DNA of 64,000 bases from Chloroflexota bacterium (GTDB taxonomy: Bacteria > Chloroflexota > Dehalococcoidia > DSTF01 > RBG-16-68-14). Every line of letters starts with the position of its first letter. Position 1 is the first letter of the stretch. The DNA lies in NCBI GenBank assembly GCA_022562155.1, contig JADFPV010000001.1, forward strand, positions 16,508-80,507, in the 5' to 3' direction. Position numbers and translations under genes: made by a program. A model generated the notes under the pieces. It made no database searches, was not told where the DNA came from, and saw only the letters and a list, made by a program, of their open reading frames with translations. Positions 1 to 9,143 of the stretch are shown in pieces.

Positions 1-2
1 AC

Positions 3-161
3 ACCCTGAACACGATCGACCTGAACATCATCCCGGAGGGCTTTGCCCGCTCGCACGACGGCTACCGTCGCGACGCCTTCTACCGCTTTAACCAGAGCCT
101 CCAGCACTTCTTCGACACCTCGTCGAAGATCGACACGGAATTCGCGGTAGGCGCAAAGTAG
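3..161 (+). CDS. 3' end of a conserved hypothetical protein (partial), paralog of the ORF at 37521..37958
   Basis: Reads TLNTIDLNIIPEGFARSHDGYRRDAFYRFNQSLQHFFDTSSKIDTEFAVGAK*; aligns by eye with TLDALTL...DLFHRYSQTLHEFFNGAAEIETEF of the 37521 ORF. Confidence 0.75.
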   Translation, partial: TLNTIDLNIIPEGFARSHDGYRRDAFYRFNQSLQHFFDTSSKIDTEFAVGAK

Positions 162-197
162 CTAACAGCGGTTGACGCCGGCCTAACCCACACCTAA

Positions 198-398
198 GTA
201 GCGGAGGCCTTCAGGCCTCCCGCCGCGCAGCAGGCGCCCACACCGACGTCTCCCCTACTGTAGGGGCGGTCATCTGGCCGCCCGGTGTGCTGAACCGCAA
301 GTTCAGCCGCTACACTTCTCGAATGAACGTTAGGATGTAGCAGAAGGCAACCTGACCGAAGGTCAGGCCTTCTGCCAAGCTGAACCGAAGGTTCAGCC
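198..398. repeat. Cluster of GTAG-headed REP-like palindromes and GCTGAACC-N3-GGTTCAGC-type hairpins
   Basis: GTAGcGGAGGCCTtcAGGCCTCC at 198; GTAGgGGCGGtCAtcTGgCCGCC at 260; gctgaaccgcaagttcagc 289-307; cctgaccgaaggtcagg 351-367; ccttctgccaagctgaaccgaaggttcagcc 368-398. Confidence 0.8.
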
Positions 399-409
399 AG
401 GATGCAGAC

Positions 410-1549
410 TTGCTAGCTAGACTCTGGCTGCTGACCAAGCGCACCGTGCAGGAGTACGGCGACGACAACTGCTCCCACATGGCGGCTGCTATCTCCTACT
501 ACGTCCTGTTCTCTATCATCCCGCTCACGATCTTCACCGTCTCGATCTTCGGGCTAATCGTCCGTGACGAGGATACGCAGCAGAACATCGCCGAGGAGAT
601 CGTCGAGTTCCTCAACGTCGAAGAGGGCGTGCCATTGCTGGAGCCAAACGAAGAAGCGATCGAACGCCTGTACGGCGCCGAGGTTGTTGGAGAGGTCCAG
701 GCCGCGATCGACGACTTCTCCGTCCCGACGATCGAAGCACTCGCTGCGCAGCTTGAGGCCGATGAGGCGATCACGCTCACCGGCATTCAGCTGACGTCCG
801 ATGAGATAACTGTCCGCGCTGACAACATCGTCACGGATACGCTCGAGGGCGTCGCGAACGTGAGTGGCGCCTTGACCGTAGTGGGCCTAGTTGGCATGGC
901 GTGGGCGGCCTCGGCGATGTTTGGCGCGATCCGCAAGTCCCTCAACATCGCCTGGGATACCGACGTCCACCGTCCTGTTGTCCAGCAAAAGCTGGTCGAC
1001 CTCAGCCTCGTGCTGGGCCTCGGTATCCTGCTCGGCGCGTCGATCGTCGGGACAGGCGCGCTCCGCACCCTGCAGGCGCTCAGCGACGATAACCTCGGGC
1101 CGCTCTCGGAAGGGTCGGGCCTGCTCTGGTCGGTGCTGCCGCTCTTGCTGCCGGCGGTCTTCACGTTCCTTGTCTTCACCCTCCTCTACCAGTACGTGCC
1201 GAACGTGCCGACGCCGTTCCGCGACATCTGGCCCGGTGCCGTGCTCGCGACGGTGCTGTTCGAGCTGCTGAAGAACCTCTTTGCGCTCTACATCGCGAAC
1301 TTCAACAACTACGCGGGCGCGTACGGCGCGCTCGGCGGCTTGCTGCTCTTCCTGCTCTGGACGTATCTCACGTCGAACATCCTGTTGATTGGCGCCGAAC
1401 TCGCCGCCGAGTACCCGCGCGTCATGCGCGGCGACTACGACAACCTGCCCAGCGGCCCATCGCGGCCCCTGACCGAGAACGTGCGTCGTGTCGTCCGCAA
1501 CCTCTTCTTCGCCCCGTTCGATGACGATGAAGATGAGCCGAATGGCTAG
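410..1549 (+). CDS. YihY/virulence factor BrkB family inner membrane protein
   Basis: AAAISYYVLFSIIP, LNIAW, YxYVPN, PGAVLATVLFEL and YGALGGLLLFLLWTY...LIGAEL motifs; multiple TM segments. Confidence 0.9.
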   Translation: MLARLWLLTKRTVQEYGDDNCSHMAAAISYYVLFSIIPLTIFTVSIFGLIVRDEDTQQNIAEEIVEFLNVEEGVPLLEPNEEAIERLYGAEVVGEVQAAIDDFSVPTIEALAAQLEADEAITLTGIQLTSDEITVRADNIVTDTLEGVANVSGALTVVGLVGMAWAASAMFGAIRKSLNIAWDTDVHRPVVQQKLVDLSLVLGLGILLGASIVGTGALRTLQALSDDNLGPLSEGSGLLWSVLPLLLPAVFTFLVFTLLYQYVPNVPTPFRDIWPGAVLATVLFELLKNLFALYIANFNNYAGAYGALGGLLLFLLWTYLTSNILLIGAELAAEYPRVMRGDYDNLPSGPSRPLTENVRRVVRNLFFAPFDDDEDEPNG

Positions 1550-1590
1550 TCCCCGCGGCAGAGCGGTGTGCTACGATCCGTTCGCAAAAG

Positions 1591-1625
1591 GCAGATGCGG
1601 GCAGCAGCTGAACCACAGGTTCAGC
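1591..1625. repeat. Hairpin repeat copy (gcagatgc...gctgaaccacaggttcagc)
   Basis: Same family as the copies at 368-398, 2532-2612, 3033-3076 and 11009-11047. Confidence 0.75.
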
Positions 1626-1638
1626 CGGAGGGCCTCAA

Positions 1639-2523
1639 ATGGTTTCGATAGCTAAAGGTGACATCCTCGTCGGCCAGGATATCGGCGCCCACGACTTCGA
1701 GATCACACCGGAACTCGTCGCCACATACATGGTCGGCACCGACGATCCGAACCCCTGGTACACCGGCCCCTCGCCGTTCGACGCCGGCCCCAGCGGGGCC
1801 GCTGTTGCCCCGGCGCTCGTTCTGCACTCAGAGGTCTACCGATTCGGGGGCTGGTACCTGAAGAACATCTTCGGGAACCTGCACGCGAAGCAGGAGTGGG
1901 ACCTCTTCGCCCCGATGATGGTCGGCGACACCGTCACCACGCATTCGACCGTCATCGACCGCTACATCAAGCGCGGGCGTGACTACGTTGTCAACGAGGT
2001 GCAGGTCTACGGCGAAGGAGGCAGGTTGCTCAGCCGCGCTCGCACGCACCAGAGCTTCCTGCTCGACGAATCGACCGAAGGATTCGCGGTCGACAAGAGC
2101 CGCGAAAAGAAGAAACGCACGGCAGAGACAGGCGGCGGCGACTTCGTAGAGGAGATCGCGCCGCTCGAGAAGCCGGTTTCTATCGACATGTGCAAGACGT
2201 TTTCGCCGGGTGTCACCTACCATAACGATGCCGATGCCGCGAAGAAGCTTGGCTTCCCGGACATCGTCGTCCAGGGCATGATGACCGTCTGCTTTCTGTC
2301 AGAGCTGATGACACTGCGCTTCGGCGAGGGCTGGTACAGTGGCGGGCGCATGTCGGTGAACCTCGTCAACGTCCTTTGGGGCGAGGACGGCGGCGTCACA
2401 TGCAAGGGCGTCATCCGCGAGTACACGTCTGAGTCCTCGGCCCGCCGCGCCCACTGCGAGATCTGGGCCGAGAAGGCCGACGGCACGAAGGTTATCGCGG
2501 GTACCGCCAGTGCAGTGGTGTAA
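1639..2523 (+). CDS. Double hotdog-fold MaoC-like dehydratase
   Basis: DDPNPWY and LHAKQEW in the N-terminal domain; YHNDADAAKKLGFPDIVVQGM MaoC motif in the C-terminal domain; GGAGG RBS. Confidence 0.8.
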   Translation: MVSIAKGDILVGQDIGAHDFEITPELVATYMVGTDDPNPWYTGPSPFDAGPSGAAVAPALVLHSEVYRFGGWYLKNIFGNLHAKQEWDLFAPMMVGDTVTTHSTVIDRYIKRGRDYVVNEVQVYGEGGRLLSRARTHQSFLLDESTEGFAVDKSREKKKRTAETGGGDFVEEIAPLEKPVSIDMCKTFSPGVTYHNDADAAKKLGFPDIVVQGMMTVCFLSELMTLRFGEGWYSGGRMSVNLVNVLWGEDGGVTCKGVIREYTSESSARRAHCEIWAEKADGTKVIAGTASAVV

Positions 2524-2531
2524 CGAAAAAA

Positions 2532-2612
2532 GCAGCAGATGCGGCAGAAGCGAAGCTTCTGCGAAACAGAGCCGCAGGCTCTGCCAGCATCTGCCAAGCT
2601 GACCGGAGGTCA
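2532..2612. repeat. Compound hairpin repeat
   Basis: gcagatgc-(gcagaagc gaa gcttctgc)-(cagagcc gca ggctctg)-gcatctgc caagctgaccggaggtca. Confidence 0.8.
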
Positions 2613-2615
2613 TCG

Positions 2616-3062
2616 CTGACCACCCCGCCCGTCTGGGTCTTCTTCTACGGCTCGTTCATCAACCTCGACGTCCTCGCCAAGGTCGACTATGTGCCCGAGC
2701 GTTACGAAGTCGCCCGGCTCGATGGCTACGACATCCGCATCCGCCCGCTCGCCAACCTCGTGCCGTCAGATCGCGATAGCGTCTATGGCATCGTCGCGCT
2801 CGCTACTCACTCCGAATTGGAGCGGCTGTATGGGCAGGACTGGGTCGGATTGTACCTACCTCATCCCGTCGTCGTTAGCGTCACGGGTGGGACCCTTCGG
2901 CCAGCCTTGACCTACATCGCGCCGGACATGAAGCCCAAACCACCGGTCGATGACTACGTCGATCGCATCATCGGACCGGCACGCCGCCTCGGCTTTCCCG
3001 ACTGGTATGTCGAGCGGCTGGAGAAGGAGCGGGCAGCAGATGCGGAGCATCTGCCAAGCTGA
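2616..3062 (+). CDS. Gamma-glutamylcyclotransferase (AIG2-like) family protein; probable CTG start
   Basis: Frame continues upstream of the track ORF as LTTPPVWVFFYGSFINLDVL (FxYGS motif); GGAGGT at 2605-2610; C-terminal DYVDRI...LGFPDWYVERL. Confidence 0.8.
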   Translation: MTTPPVWVFFYGSFINLDVLAKVDYVPERYEVARLDGYDIRIRPLANLVPSDRDSVYGIVALATHSELERLYGQDWVGLYLPHPVVVSVTGGTLRPALTYIAPDMKPKPPVDDYVDRIIGPARRLGFPDWYVERLEKERAADAEHLPS

Positions 3063-3076
3063 ACCGTAGGTTCAGC
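3033..3076. repeat. Hairpin repeat copy overlapping the GGCT stop codon
   Basis: gcagcagatgcggagcatctgccaagctgaaccgtaggttcagc. Confidence 0.8.
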
Positions 3077-3192
3077 CAGCAGCGCACGTAGCTCCTTCAC
3101 CCCACGCAGGCGTCTGGCTATACTGCGAGTCCCAGATATGTAATCAGGCCGCGCATCGATAGCGTGGCATGACAGGTTAAACGGAGGATCGC

Positions 3193-4254
3193 ATGTACAA
3201 GATTGCCGTAATCGGTGGCGATGGCATCGGCCCGGAGGTCGTCGCCGAGGGCCTGAAGGTCCTCGAAGCTGCGACCGCCAGGACCGGCGTCACGTACGAG
3301 CTGGAGCACTACGACCTGGGCGGTGAGCGCTATCTGCGCACCGGCGAGGCGCTCCCAGAGGGCATGGTCGACGAGTTGCGGGGCTTCGACGCGATCTTCC
3401 TGGGCGCCGTCGGCCACCCGGAGGTCGCCCCCGGCATCCTCGAGAAGGGGTTGCTGCTGCGCCTGCGCTTCGAGCTGGACCAGTACATCAACCTGCGCCC
3501 GGTGAAACTCTACCCCGGCGTCGAGACCCCCCTCGCCGGCAAGGGCCCGGAAGACATCGACTTCGTCGTCGTGCGCGAGAACACCGAGGGCCTCTACAGC
3601 GGCATGGGCGGTATCCAGTACAAGGGCACGCCGCAGGAGGTCTCGACGCAGATCCACATGACGACGCGCTTCGGCGCCGAGCGAGCGATCCGCTACGCGT
3701 TCGAGCTGACGCGAAAACGTGATCGCGAGAAGAAGCTGACGCTCTGCGCCAAGACCAACGTCCTCACGTTCGTTCACGACACCTGGTGGCGCGCGTTCAA
3801 CGAGGTCGGCGAGGCCGACTACCCGGACATCGAGCGCGACTACGCCCACGTCGACGCGACATCGATGTGGATGATCAAGAACCCGGAGTGGTTCGACGTC
3901 ATCGTCACCGAGAACATGTTCGGCGACATCATCACCGACATGGGCGCGATGATTCAGGGGGGCCTCGGCGTCGCCGCCGGCGGCAACATCAACCCGGACG
4001 GCGTCTCCATGTTCGAGCCGATCGGCGGCTCCGCGCCCAAGTACGCGGGCCAGAATGTCGCCTGCCCGATCGCCGCGATCTCCGCGGGCCAGATGCTGAT
4101 GGAGACGTTGGGCGAAGAAGAGACCGCCACCCGCATCGAGAGCGCCGTCGAACGCGCGCTGGCGTCTGGCAAGATCAAATCGCTCGCTGCGGGCAAGATG
4201 GGCATGTCCACCTCCGAAGTCGGCGACCTCATCGCAGGCTACGCAGGCGAGTAA
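3193..4254 (+). CDS. leuB: 3-isopropylmalate dehydrogenase
   Basis: [42 protein letters not shown] and FEPIGGSAP motifs; GGAGG RBS. Confidence 0.9.
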   Translation: MYKIAVIGGDGIGPEVVAEGLKVLEAATARTGVTYELEHYDLGGERYLRTGEALPEGMVDELRGFDAIFLGAVGHPEVAPGILEKGLLLRLRFELDQYINLRPVKLYPGVETPLAGKGPEDIDFVVVRENTEGLYSGMGGIQYKGTPQEVSTQIHMTTRFGAERAIRYAFELTRKRDREKKLTLCAKTNVLTFVHDTWWRAFNEVGEADYPDIERDYAHVDATSMWMIKNPEWFDVIVTENMFGDIITDMGAMIQGGLGVAAGGNINPDGVSMFEPIGGSAPKYAGQNVACPIAAISAGQMLMETLGEEETATRIESAVERALASGKIKSLAAGKMGMSTSEVGDLIAGYAGE

Positions 4255-4306
4255 CGGCCTTCCTATCAACCCTCCCCCTTAGGGAGAAAGCCATTGGAGG
4301 TAACAA

Positions 4307-4546
4307 TTGAAAACAATGACATGTAACCAACTTGCTGGAGCTTGTGAGCAGGAATTTCATGCTGAGACGTTTGAGAAGATGGGGGAACTGAGTAGAACGC
4401 ATGCGATGGAAATGGCCGAGAAGGGCGATCAGGCGCACATCGACAAGATGGACGAGATGAAGGAACTCATGACGAAGCCCGGAGCAATGGAAGAGTGGTT
4501 CGCCGGTGCGCAGAAGGAATTTGATGCTCTACCTGAAGACAAATAG
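4307..4546 (+). CDS. DUF1059-like small metal-binding protein
   Basis: MKTMTCNQLAGACEQEFHAETFE...H pattern; GGAGG RBS; TTG start. Confidence 0.7.
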   Translation: MKTMTCNQLAGACEQEFHAETFEKMGELSRTHAMEMAEKGDQAHIDKMDEMKELMTKPGAMEEWFAGAQKEFDALPEDK

Positions 4547-4587
4547 GTCTCAGCAGGTTTGTCCACAGGGTTCCTCCTCGCGCGGCC

Positions 4588-5005
4588 ACTGAGCTGATCG
4601 GCGGCATCGACGAGGCGCGAGCAGGCTTAATCGCGTTCCTGCGTTCCAAAGATGCACAGGCGCTGGCCGAGCGTCCACCCTCCGGAGAGTGGTCGGTCAT
4701 CGAGAACGTGCGACATCTGCTCTTCGCGGAGCAGCTACACGTCGGCAAGTTCTTGCCTAACGGCTTCGAGTGGAACCGTGTGGGCTTGTCGGGAAGGACT
4801 GGCAAGCGGTACGCAGAGGCCGGCAAGGACGCGACCGACGACTTAAGAGGAAGTCCTCCAGGCTTGGGAAACGGTTCATCGACCGATTCGCGGAGCGGTC
4901 AGGGGAGGAGATGAGGAGGTCCAGAAAAAGCTGCGCCTCAACCTCAAGCACCTCGTGCGCCACATCGACACCATCAAGACGCTGCTCGCCGAGGCCGGCG
5001 GCTGA
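4588..5005 (+). pseudogene. DinB/YfiT-like protein, frameshifted near 4846 and lacking a clear start
   Basis: LAERPPSGEWSVIENVRHLLFAEQ in one frame, then EEVLQAWETVH...LKHLVRHIDTIKTLLAEAGG* after a +1 shift. Confidence 0.7.
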
Positions 5006-5011
5006 CTCCTG

Positions 5012-5062
5012 GTAGCCCACGAGCCACAACCTCGTGGGACAGGCTGAAGCGAGGCTTCAGCC
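5012..5062. repeat. GTAG REP-like palindrome plus GGCTGAAGC-gag-GCTTCAGCC hairpin
   Basis: GTAGCCCACGAG...CTCGTGGG at 5012; the hairpin at 5042-5062 contains the stop of the convergent gene. Confidence 0.65.
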
Positions 5063-6259
5063 CCGCGGCTCAGGAAGGCGTCCGCGAAGATCCTGCGGTT
5101 GGAACGGGCCCGGCTCCGCGATCAGGCGCCGCGCCGCATCGAGTTGCCCCCTGACGCCCCAGAGCAGGACACCCCGCACTCGCTCATCTTCCACGTAGTA
5201 GACAACGCCTCTCTTGTACGGCTCCTCGCTCCAGTCGCTGATGGTCTCGTGGCGAGCGTCGAGCTCCCCCACGGCCTGGTAGCCGAGGTCGAAAAAGTCG
5301 GTGTAGAAGTACGGCAGGTGGTCGTATGGCTCGCCGGCGCCCGCCATGTTTCTACCGGCCGCGCGCCCCATCACTCGCGCGTTGTCCTCGTGCTCCACCC
5401 GAACGCGGCGACCGAGCGCCGGGCTGGTGAACGCCGCGACGTCACCCGCGGCGAACACGTCAGGGTGCGACGTGCGCAGATATTCGTCGACGACGATGCC
5501 GTTCTCGACTTCAATGCCAGCCTGCTCGGCCAGTTCTGTGTTCGGAAGGAGGCCAAGGCCCGCGACCACGCCGTCGACTTCGAGTTCGCGTTCGTCGTGT
5601 TGGCCTTCGCCTTGCGCCCTCACCAAGAACTGCGCGCCGCGTTGTTCGACTCCGGTCACAAGAGTCTCGGTCAGCACCTCGACACCCTTGTCCTGGAAGT
5701 AGGTGGTGATGTGCTCCGAGAGATCACTCGGATATGCCAGGGCGCCGATGCCCGCCTCCGGGAAGATCATCGTTACCTGCTTGTCGTTCATGGCGAGCGC
5801 GGCCGCGATCTCCGACCCGATGAAACCGCCGCCAATCACGGCGAAGCGCTGACCTCGCTCAGTCTCCTCGCGCAGGCGGCGATAGTCAGCCAGCGTACGG
5901 AAGTAGTTGACGCCCTCAGCGTCGAACGGGAGGTGCCGGGGCCGACCACCGGTCGCGAGCAGGAGCTTATCGTACCCGAACTCCTCGCCATCTTCGGCGA
6001 CGACGCGCTTCTTGCCCGCGTCCAGTGTGTGGATCGTTCTGCCTGTGTGTAGCTCTGCCTGCTCGGCCGTCTTGTAGCCAATGCTCTCCAGCTTCATCTT
6101 CTTCCAGAGCCCCTTCGACAGTGGGGGCCGTCGGTAGGGGGCATCCGCTTCCTCGCTGACCACCCCGATCGATCCCTCGGCGTCGACCTCCCAGATACCT
6201 GCGACGGCCGCGTCGGCAGTCATCCCACCGCCGATGATCAGGTACTTGTAATCAGGCAT
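5057..6259 (-). CDS. NAD(P)/FAD-dependent oxidoreductase (ferredoxin reductase / monodehydroascorbate reductase-like)
   Basis: IIGGG, PYRRPPLSK, LLLATG, VIGGGFIGSE, FAAGD and RVEH motifs. Confidence 0.9.
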   Translation of the reverse strand: MPDYKYLIIGGGMTADAAVAGIWEVDAEGSIGVVSEEADAPYRRPPLSKGLWKKMKLESIGYKTAEQAELHTGRTIHTLDAGKKRVVAEDGEEFGYDKLLLATGGRPRHLPFDAEGVNYFRTLADYRRLREETERGQRFAVIGGGFIGSEIAAALAMNDKQVTMIFPEAGIGALAYPSDLSEHITTYFQDKGVEVLTETLVTGVEQRGAQFLVRAQGEGQHDERELEVDGVVAGLGLLPNTELAEQAGIEVENGIVVDEYLRTSHPDVFAAGDVAAFTSPALGRRVRVEHEDNARVMGRAAGRNMAGAGEPYDHLPYFYTDFFDLGYQAVGELDARHETISDWSEEPYKRGVVYYVEDERVRGVLLWGVRGQLDAARRLIAEPGPFQPQDLRGRLPEPRG

Positions 6260-6553
6260 GATGTCTAATTCCTCTTCGAGACTATGTCAGGCCGTCCGGC
6301 TCGCCGCATAGTATTGCGTGGACGAGGGCTAGGCAAGCATATTTGCCGGAGTTGTCCTCCAGATACGAAGGCGGTCCGAAAAACCCTTCCCAACCACGCA
6401 AGATACCCCTTAAGAGAGACTCGCTGGGACCCGGGTCGACTTAGGCTGGAGTTATCGATAAGCCGCGCGCTGTCGTTGTTCGTCTGGGCCCATTCAGATC
6501 AGCGCACGTAGGGCGCGCTGGTTCATCCTGAGCGAGGTAGGAGGAGGAATATC

Positions 6554-6940
6554 ATGAAGGGACTTGGCAAAGGCTCGCTGAGTGGTCTGGTGGCCATCGT
6601 TGGTGCGCTGTTTGTAATCGGAGTAGCGTGCGGCGGTTGGGGCGCTGGTAGCGATCCCTCGAAGGAGACGCCGTCTGTCGGCGTGACCGAAGTCCGCCTG
6701 GAGGACTTCGGGTTCGCGCCGGCGAACATCGTGATCGACGCCGGAACGACCGTCGCCTGGACGAATGACGACAACGTCGACCACACAGTGACGAGCGACG
6801 AAGGCGGCATATTCGACAGCTAACGCTTCGGCAAACACGGAACGTTCCGCCATACATTCGACACGCCTGGCGAATACTACTACCACTGCGAGCCACACTC
6901 CAACATGCACGGCCTCGTGACCGTGCTGCCCTTGCCGTAA
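6554..6940 (+). pseudogene. Cupredoxin (plastocyanin/amicyanin-like) lipoprotein with internal TAA at 6821-6823
   Basis: GTTVAWTNDDNVDHTVT, then the same frame continues past the stop as RFGKHGTFRHTFDTPGEYYYHCEPHSNMHGLVTV with the C-x2-H-x2-M type-1 Cu ligands; lipobox VAC. Confidence 0.85.
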
Positions 6941-7012
6941 CGAGTCGCGAGGCAGACGGGCCAGGCAATTGCTAGCTCGCACCTGCTTTCTTGGACCTCG
7001 GCTTAGGTGTGC

Positions 7013-7900
7013 TCAGTGCCGGAACCAGGGCACGAGTGCGGAGACGTGCTGCATCCGCTCGGCGTAAGCAGGCCGCCGTTGCAAGCTGCGCTTATCGAGC
7101 ATTGGGATGCTCACGATGAGGAACATGACGGTAATCGCCAGCGGGCCTGCAAGCGTCCACCACCAATCGCCGGGTCGTGCCGCAACACCGAAGAGCCAGA
7201 GGCCCCACCAGAACGAGATTTCGCCGAAGTAGTTCGGGTGGCGCGAGTGGCGCCAGAGGCCGCTGTCCATAGTCTCACCAGGTTCGCTCCTGCGGCCGAA
7301 TGCGCGCAGCTGTTCATCGGCTAGCGTTTCGATGGCTATGGCGCCCGCGGTGACGGTAACGGCAACGGCGTCGAGCCAGCCGAACGGGCGATGGCCGGCC
7401 ATAGCGGGGTAGAGCGCAAGGCAACCGAGGTACACCTGCAACGTGGGGAACAGATGGATGCCGGCGAAGCTCGCGCCCCAGTAGGCGCTGCCCGTGCTGC
7501 GTCGGATATCGGTATAGCGCCAATCCTCGTGATGCATGCCCGGCCAGCCTCGCGCCCAGTTGAACGTGAGACGCAGGCCCCACGCGGCGACGAGGGCGAG
7601 TACTAGCCAGTCTCGGGCGCCCCCATCCATGAAGTACAGGGCGATGATGGCCGGGGCAACGCTCCAATACGGATCGTACATCGACGAATTGCGCATGGTG
7701 ACGCTTGCCGCGAAGATCACTATTGTCCCGGTGAGGTCGGCCACAGCGACCACAGCGAGCGGGTACCAGTCGCGGACGGTCCAGCCGGCAGCCAGCGCCG
7801 CTGCCAGCGCGACGAGATACGCGACGACCACGACGGCAAACGCGGCCGGTCGGTTCAGTTCCCGGCCGACTTGAGGTTCAATGCTCGCGCTCACGACCAC
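7013..7900 (-). CDS. DUF1295 / steroid 5-alpha-reductase-like membrane protein
   Basis: NSSMYDPYWS, EDWRY, ETLADEQL and GLWRHSRHPNYFGE motifs. Confidence 0.9.
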   Translation of the reverse strand: MVVSASIEPQVGRELNRPAAFAVVVVAYLVALAAALAAGWTVRDWYPLAVVAVADLTGTIVIFAASVTMRNSSMYDPYWSVAPAIIALYFMDGGARDWLVLALVAAWGLRLTFNWARGWPGMHHEDWRYTDIRRSTGSAYWGASFAGIHLFPTLQVYLGCLALYPAMAGHRPFGWLDAVAVTVTAGAIAIETLADEQLRAFGRRSEPGETMDSGLWRHSRHPNYFGEISFWWGLWLFGVAARPGDWWWTLAGPLAITVMFLIVSIPMLDKRSLQRRPAYAERMQHVSALVPWFRH

Positions 7901-7931
7901 ATGATACGTGACGCGTCGAGATTTCCCATGT

Positions 7932-8008
7932 GTAGGGGCGCATGGCCATGCGCCCAGCTCCCCCGGCGTCTATCCGCCGTCGGCGGAGGAGAGCGTAGCC
8001 CTACCGCA
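7932..8008. repeat. GTAG REP (7932) plus left copy of a 47-bp direct repeat (7962-8008)
   Basis: gtaggggcgcatggccatgcgccc; cccggcgtctatccgccgtcggcggaggagagcgtagccctaccgca. Confidence 0.8.
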
Positions 8009-8072
8009 TCACTCGCCGCTCGCGTAAACACACTATGCTAAAGTCCGTCAACCACAGCAGGAGGGGGCGAGC

Positions 8073-9143
8073 ATGATTCTACGTATCGCAGCAGTCGGAG
8101 TTGTCTTCGCGCTCATCGCGGCTGCCCTGCGTAAAACGAGTTGGTACAGAACCAAGACCGCGTTTATCGGGTTGAAGCGTCTAGCAACGCTGTCCGAGGA
8201 GGACAAGCAAGCTGCTATCGACGGGTATAAATTCCTTCAACGAATGCAAGACGGTGAGAAGACCGAGACCGAGGATGAGACGAAAGCGGTCGCGGACTAT
8301 TACAAGGTCTTGAACAACGTGTTGTCGGTCTTCGATTTGGAGAAACTCTACCTCCCTCCATTGCTGAACGAATTTGAGGGTTTGTATGAGAATCAGTTGT
8401 TATGCGAACAAGCTGTGTTGCAGGAACTGAATCTAACGAACCCTGAAACGTCCCATCTATTGGATATGGGGTGCGGGAGAGGAAGAATTTCGCATTACCT
8501 CGCCACGCTGACCGGTGGCCAGGTATCCGGCTATAACATCGATCCGAATCAGATTGAAAACGCGATCGGCTGGGCCGCTGAATGTGGAATGAGCGATCGG
8601 CTCCACTTCAAAGTGGGCAATCATCACAATCCGCTTGAGTACGAATCAGGTACCTTCGATGGATGCTTTTCCTTCCAGGCCGTCTGGCCCTTCTTCAAGA
8701 AGGAGGAGCTGGATGACCATGCGAGAGAGATGTATCGCGTGTTGAAACCCGGAGCTCGATACTCTTGTTCTGAGTATTTGTTGACCCCTCATTTTGATTG
8801 GAACAACGAAGAGCATGTAACGCTTCAGAAAGCCTACCTTCCAACTCTGGCGGCCACTCAATCGATGTATCCAGCCGATGTCTGCGCCGCGTTGGAACGA
8901 GCGGGATTCAACATTCTCATTTCGGCGCCTTCGAGAGGCCCAGCCTGGCCGCTAGGCGAGCAGAAGCGCGATCTGATCTTGAGGGGCCGCAAAGTGGTCA
9001 GAGGCCTTGAGTCGATTCGCATGATGCCGCCATGGGTCGAAGAATTGCTCGAGCTACTTCAAACAGGTGGCCAGGCTTGGACGGATGCCGAAAAAGCTAA
9101 AATCGCCGATCTGAACTGGAGAATCGTCGCGGAGAAAGAATGA
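8073..9143 (+). CDS. Class I SAM-dependent methyltransferase, sterol C-24 methyltransferase (SMT/ERG6)-like
   Basis: LLDMGCGRG motif I, GYNIDPNQI, FDG, YRVLKPGARYSCSEYLLTPHFDWNNEEH; N-terminal hydrophobic anchor; visibly more AT-rich codon use. Confidence 0.75.
   Translation: MILRIAAVGVVFALIAAALRKTSWYRTKTAFIGLKRLATLSEEDKQAAIDGYKFLQRMQDGEKTETEDETKAVADYYKVLNNVLSVFDLEKLYLPPLLNEFEGLYENQLLCEQAVLQELNLTNPETSHLLDMGCGRGRISHYLATLTGGQVSGYNIDPNQIENAIGWAAECGMSDRLHFKVGNHHNPLEYESGTFDGCFSFQAVWPFFKKEELDDHAREMYRVLKPGARYSCSEYLLTPHFDWNNEEHVTLQKAYLPTLAATQSMYPADVCAALERAGFNILISAPSRGPAWPLGEQKRDLILRGRKVVRGLESIRMMPPWVEELLELLQTGGQAWTDAEKAKIADLNWRIVAEKE

Noticed and set aside
289..3076. Hairpin repeats as a CRISPR array or canonical integron attC sites
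   Set aside because: Copies are separated by whole genes and vary in length; no cas or intI gene and no clear RYYYAAC/GTTRRRY box pair
3118..4269. Long antisense ORFs (also 5099..6052, 23495..24484, 52568..53956, 60855..61688)
   Set aside because: Shadow frames of well-supported genes in high-GC DNA, with no recognisable motifs
6330..6348. GGCAAGCATATTTGCC as a sigma54 promoter
   Set aside because: GG-to-GC spacing is 11, not the required 10; it is only a short palindrome
6821..6823. Programmed read-through in the cupredoxin gene
   Set aside because: The codon is TAA at a non-ligand position; mutation or error is more likely
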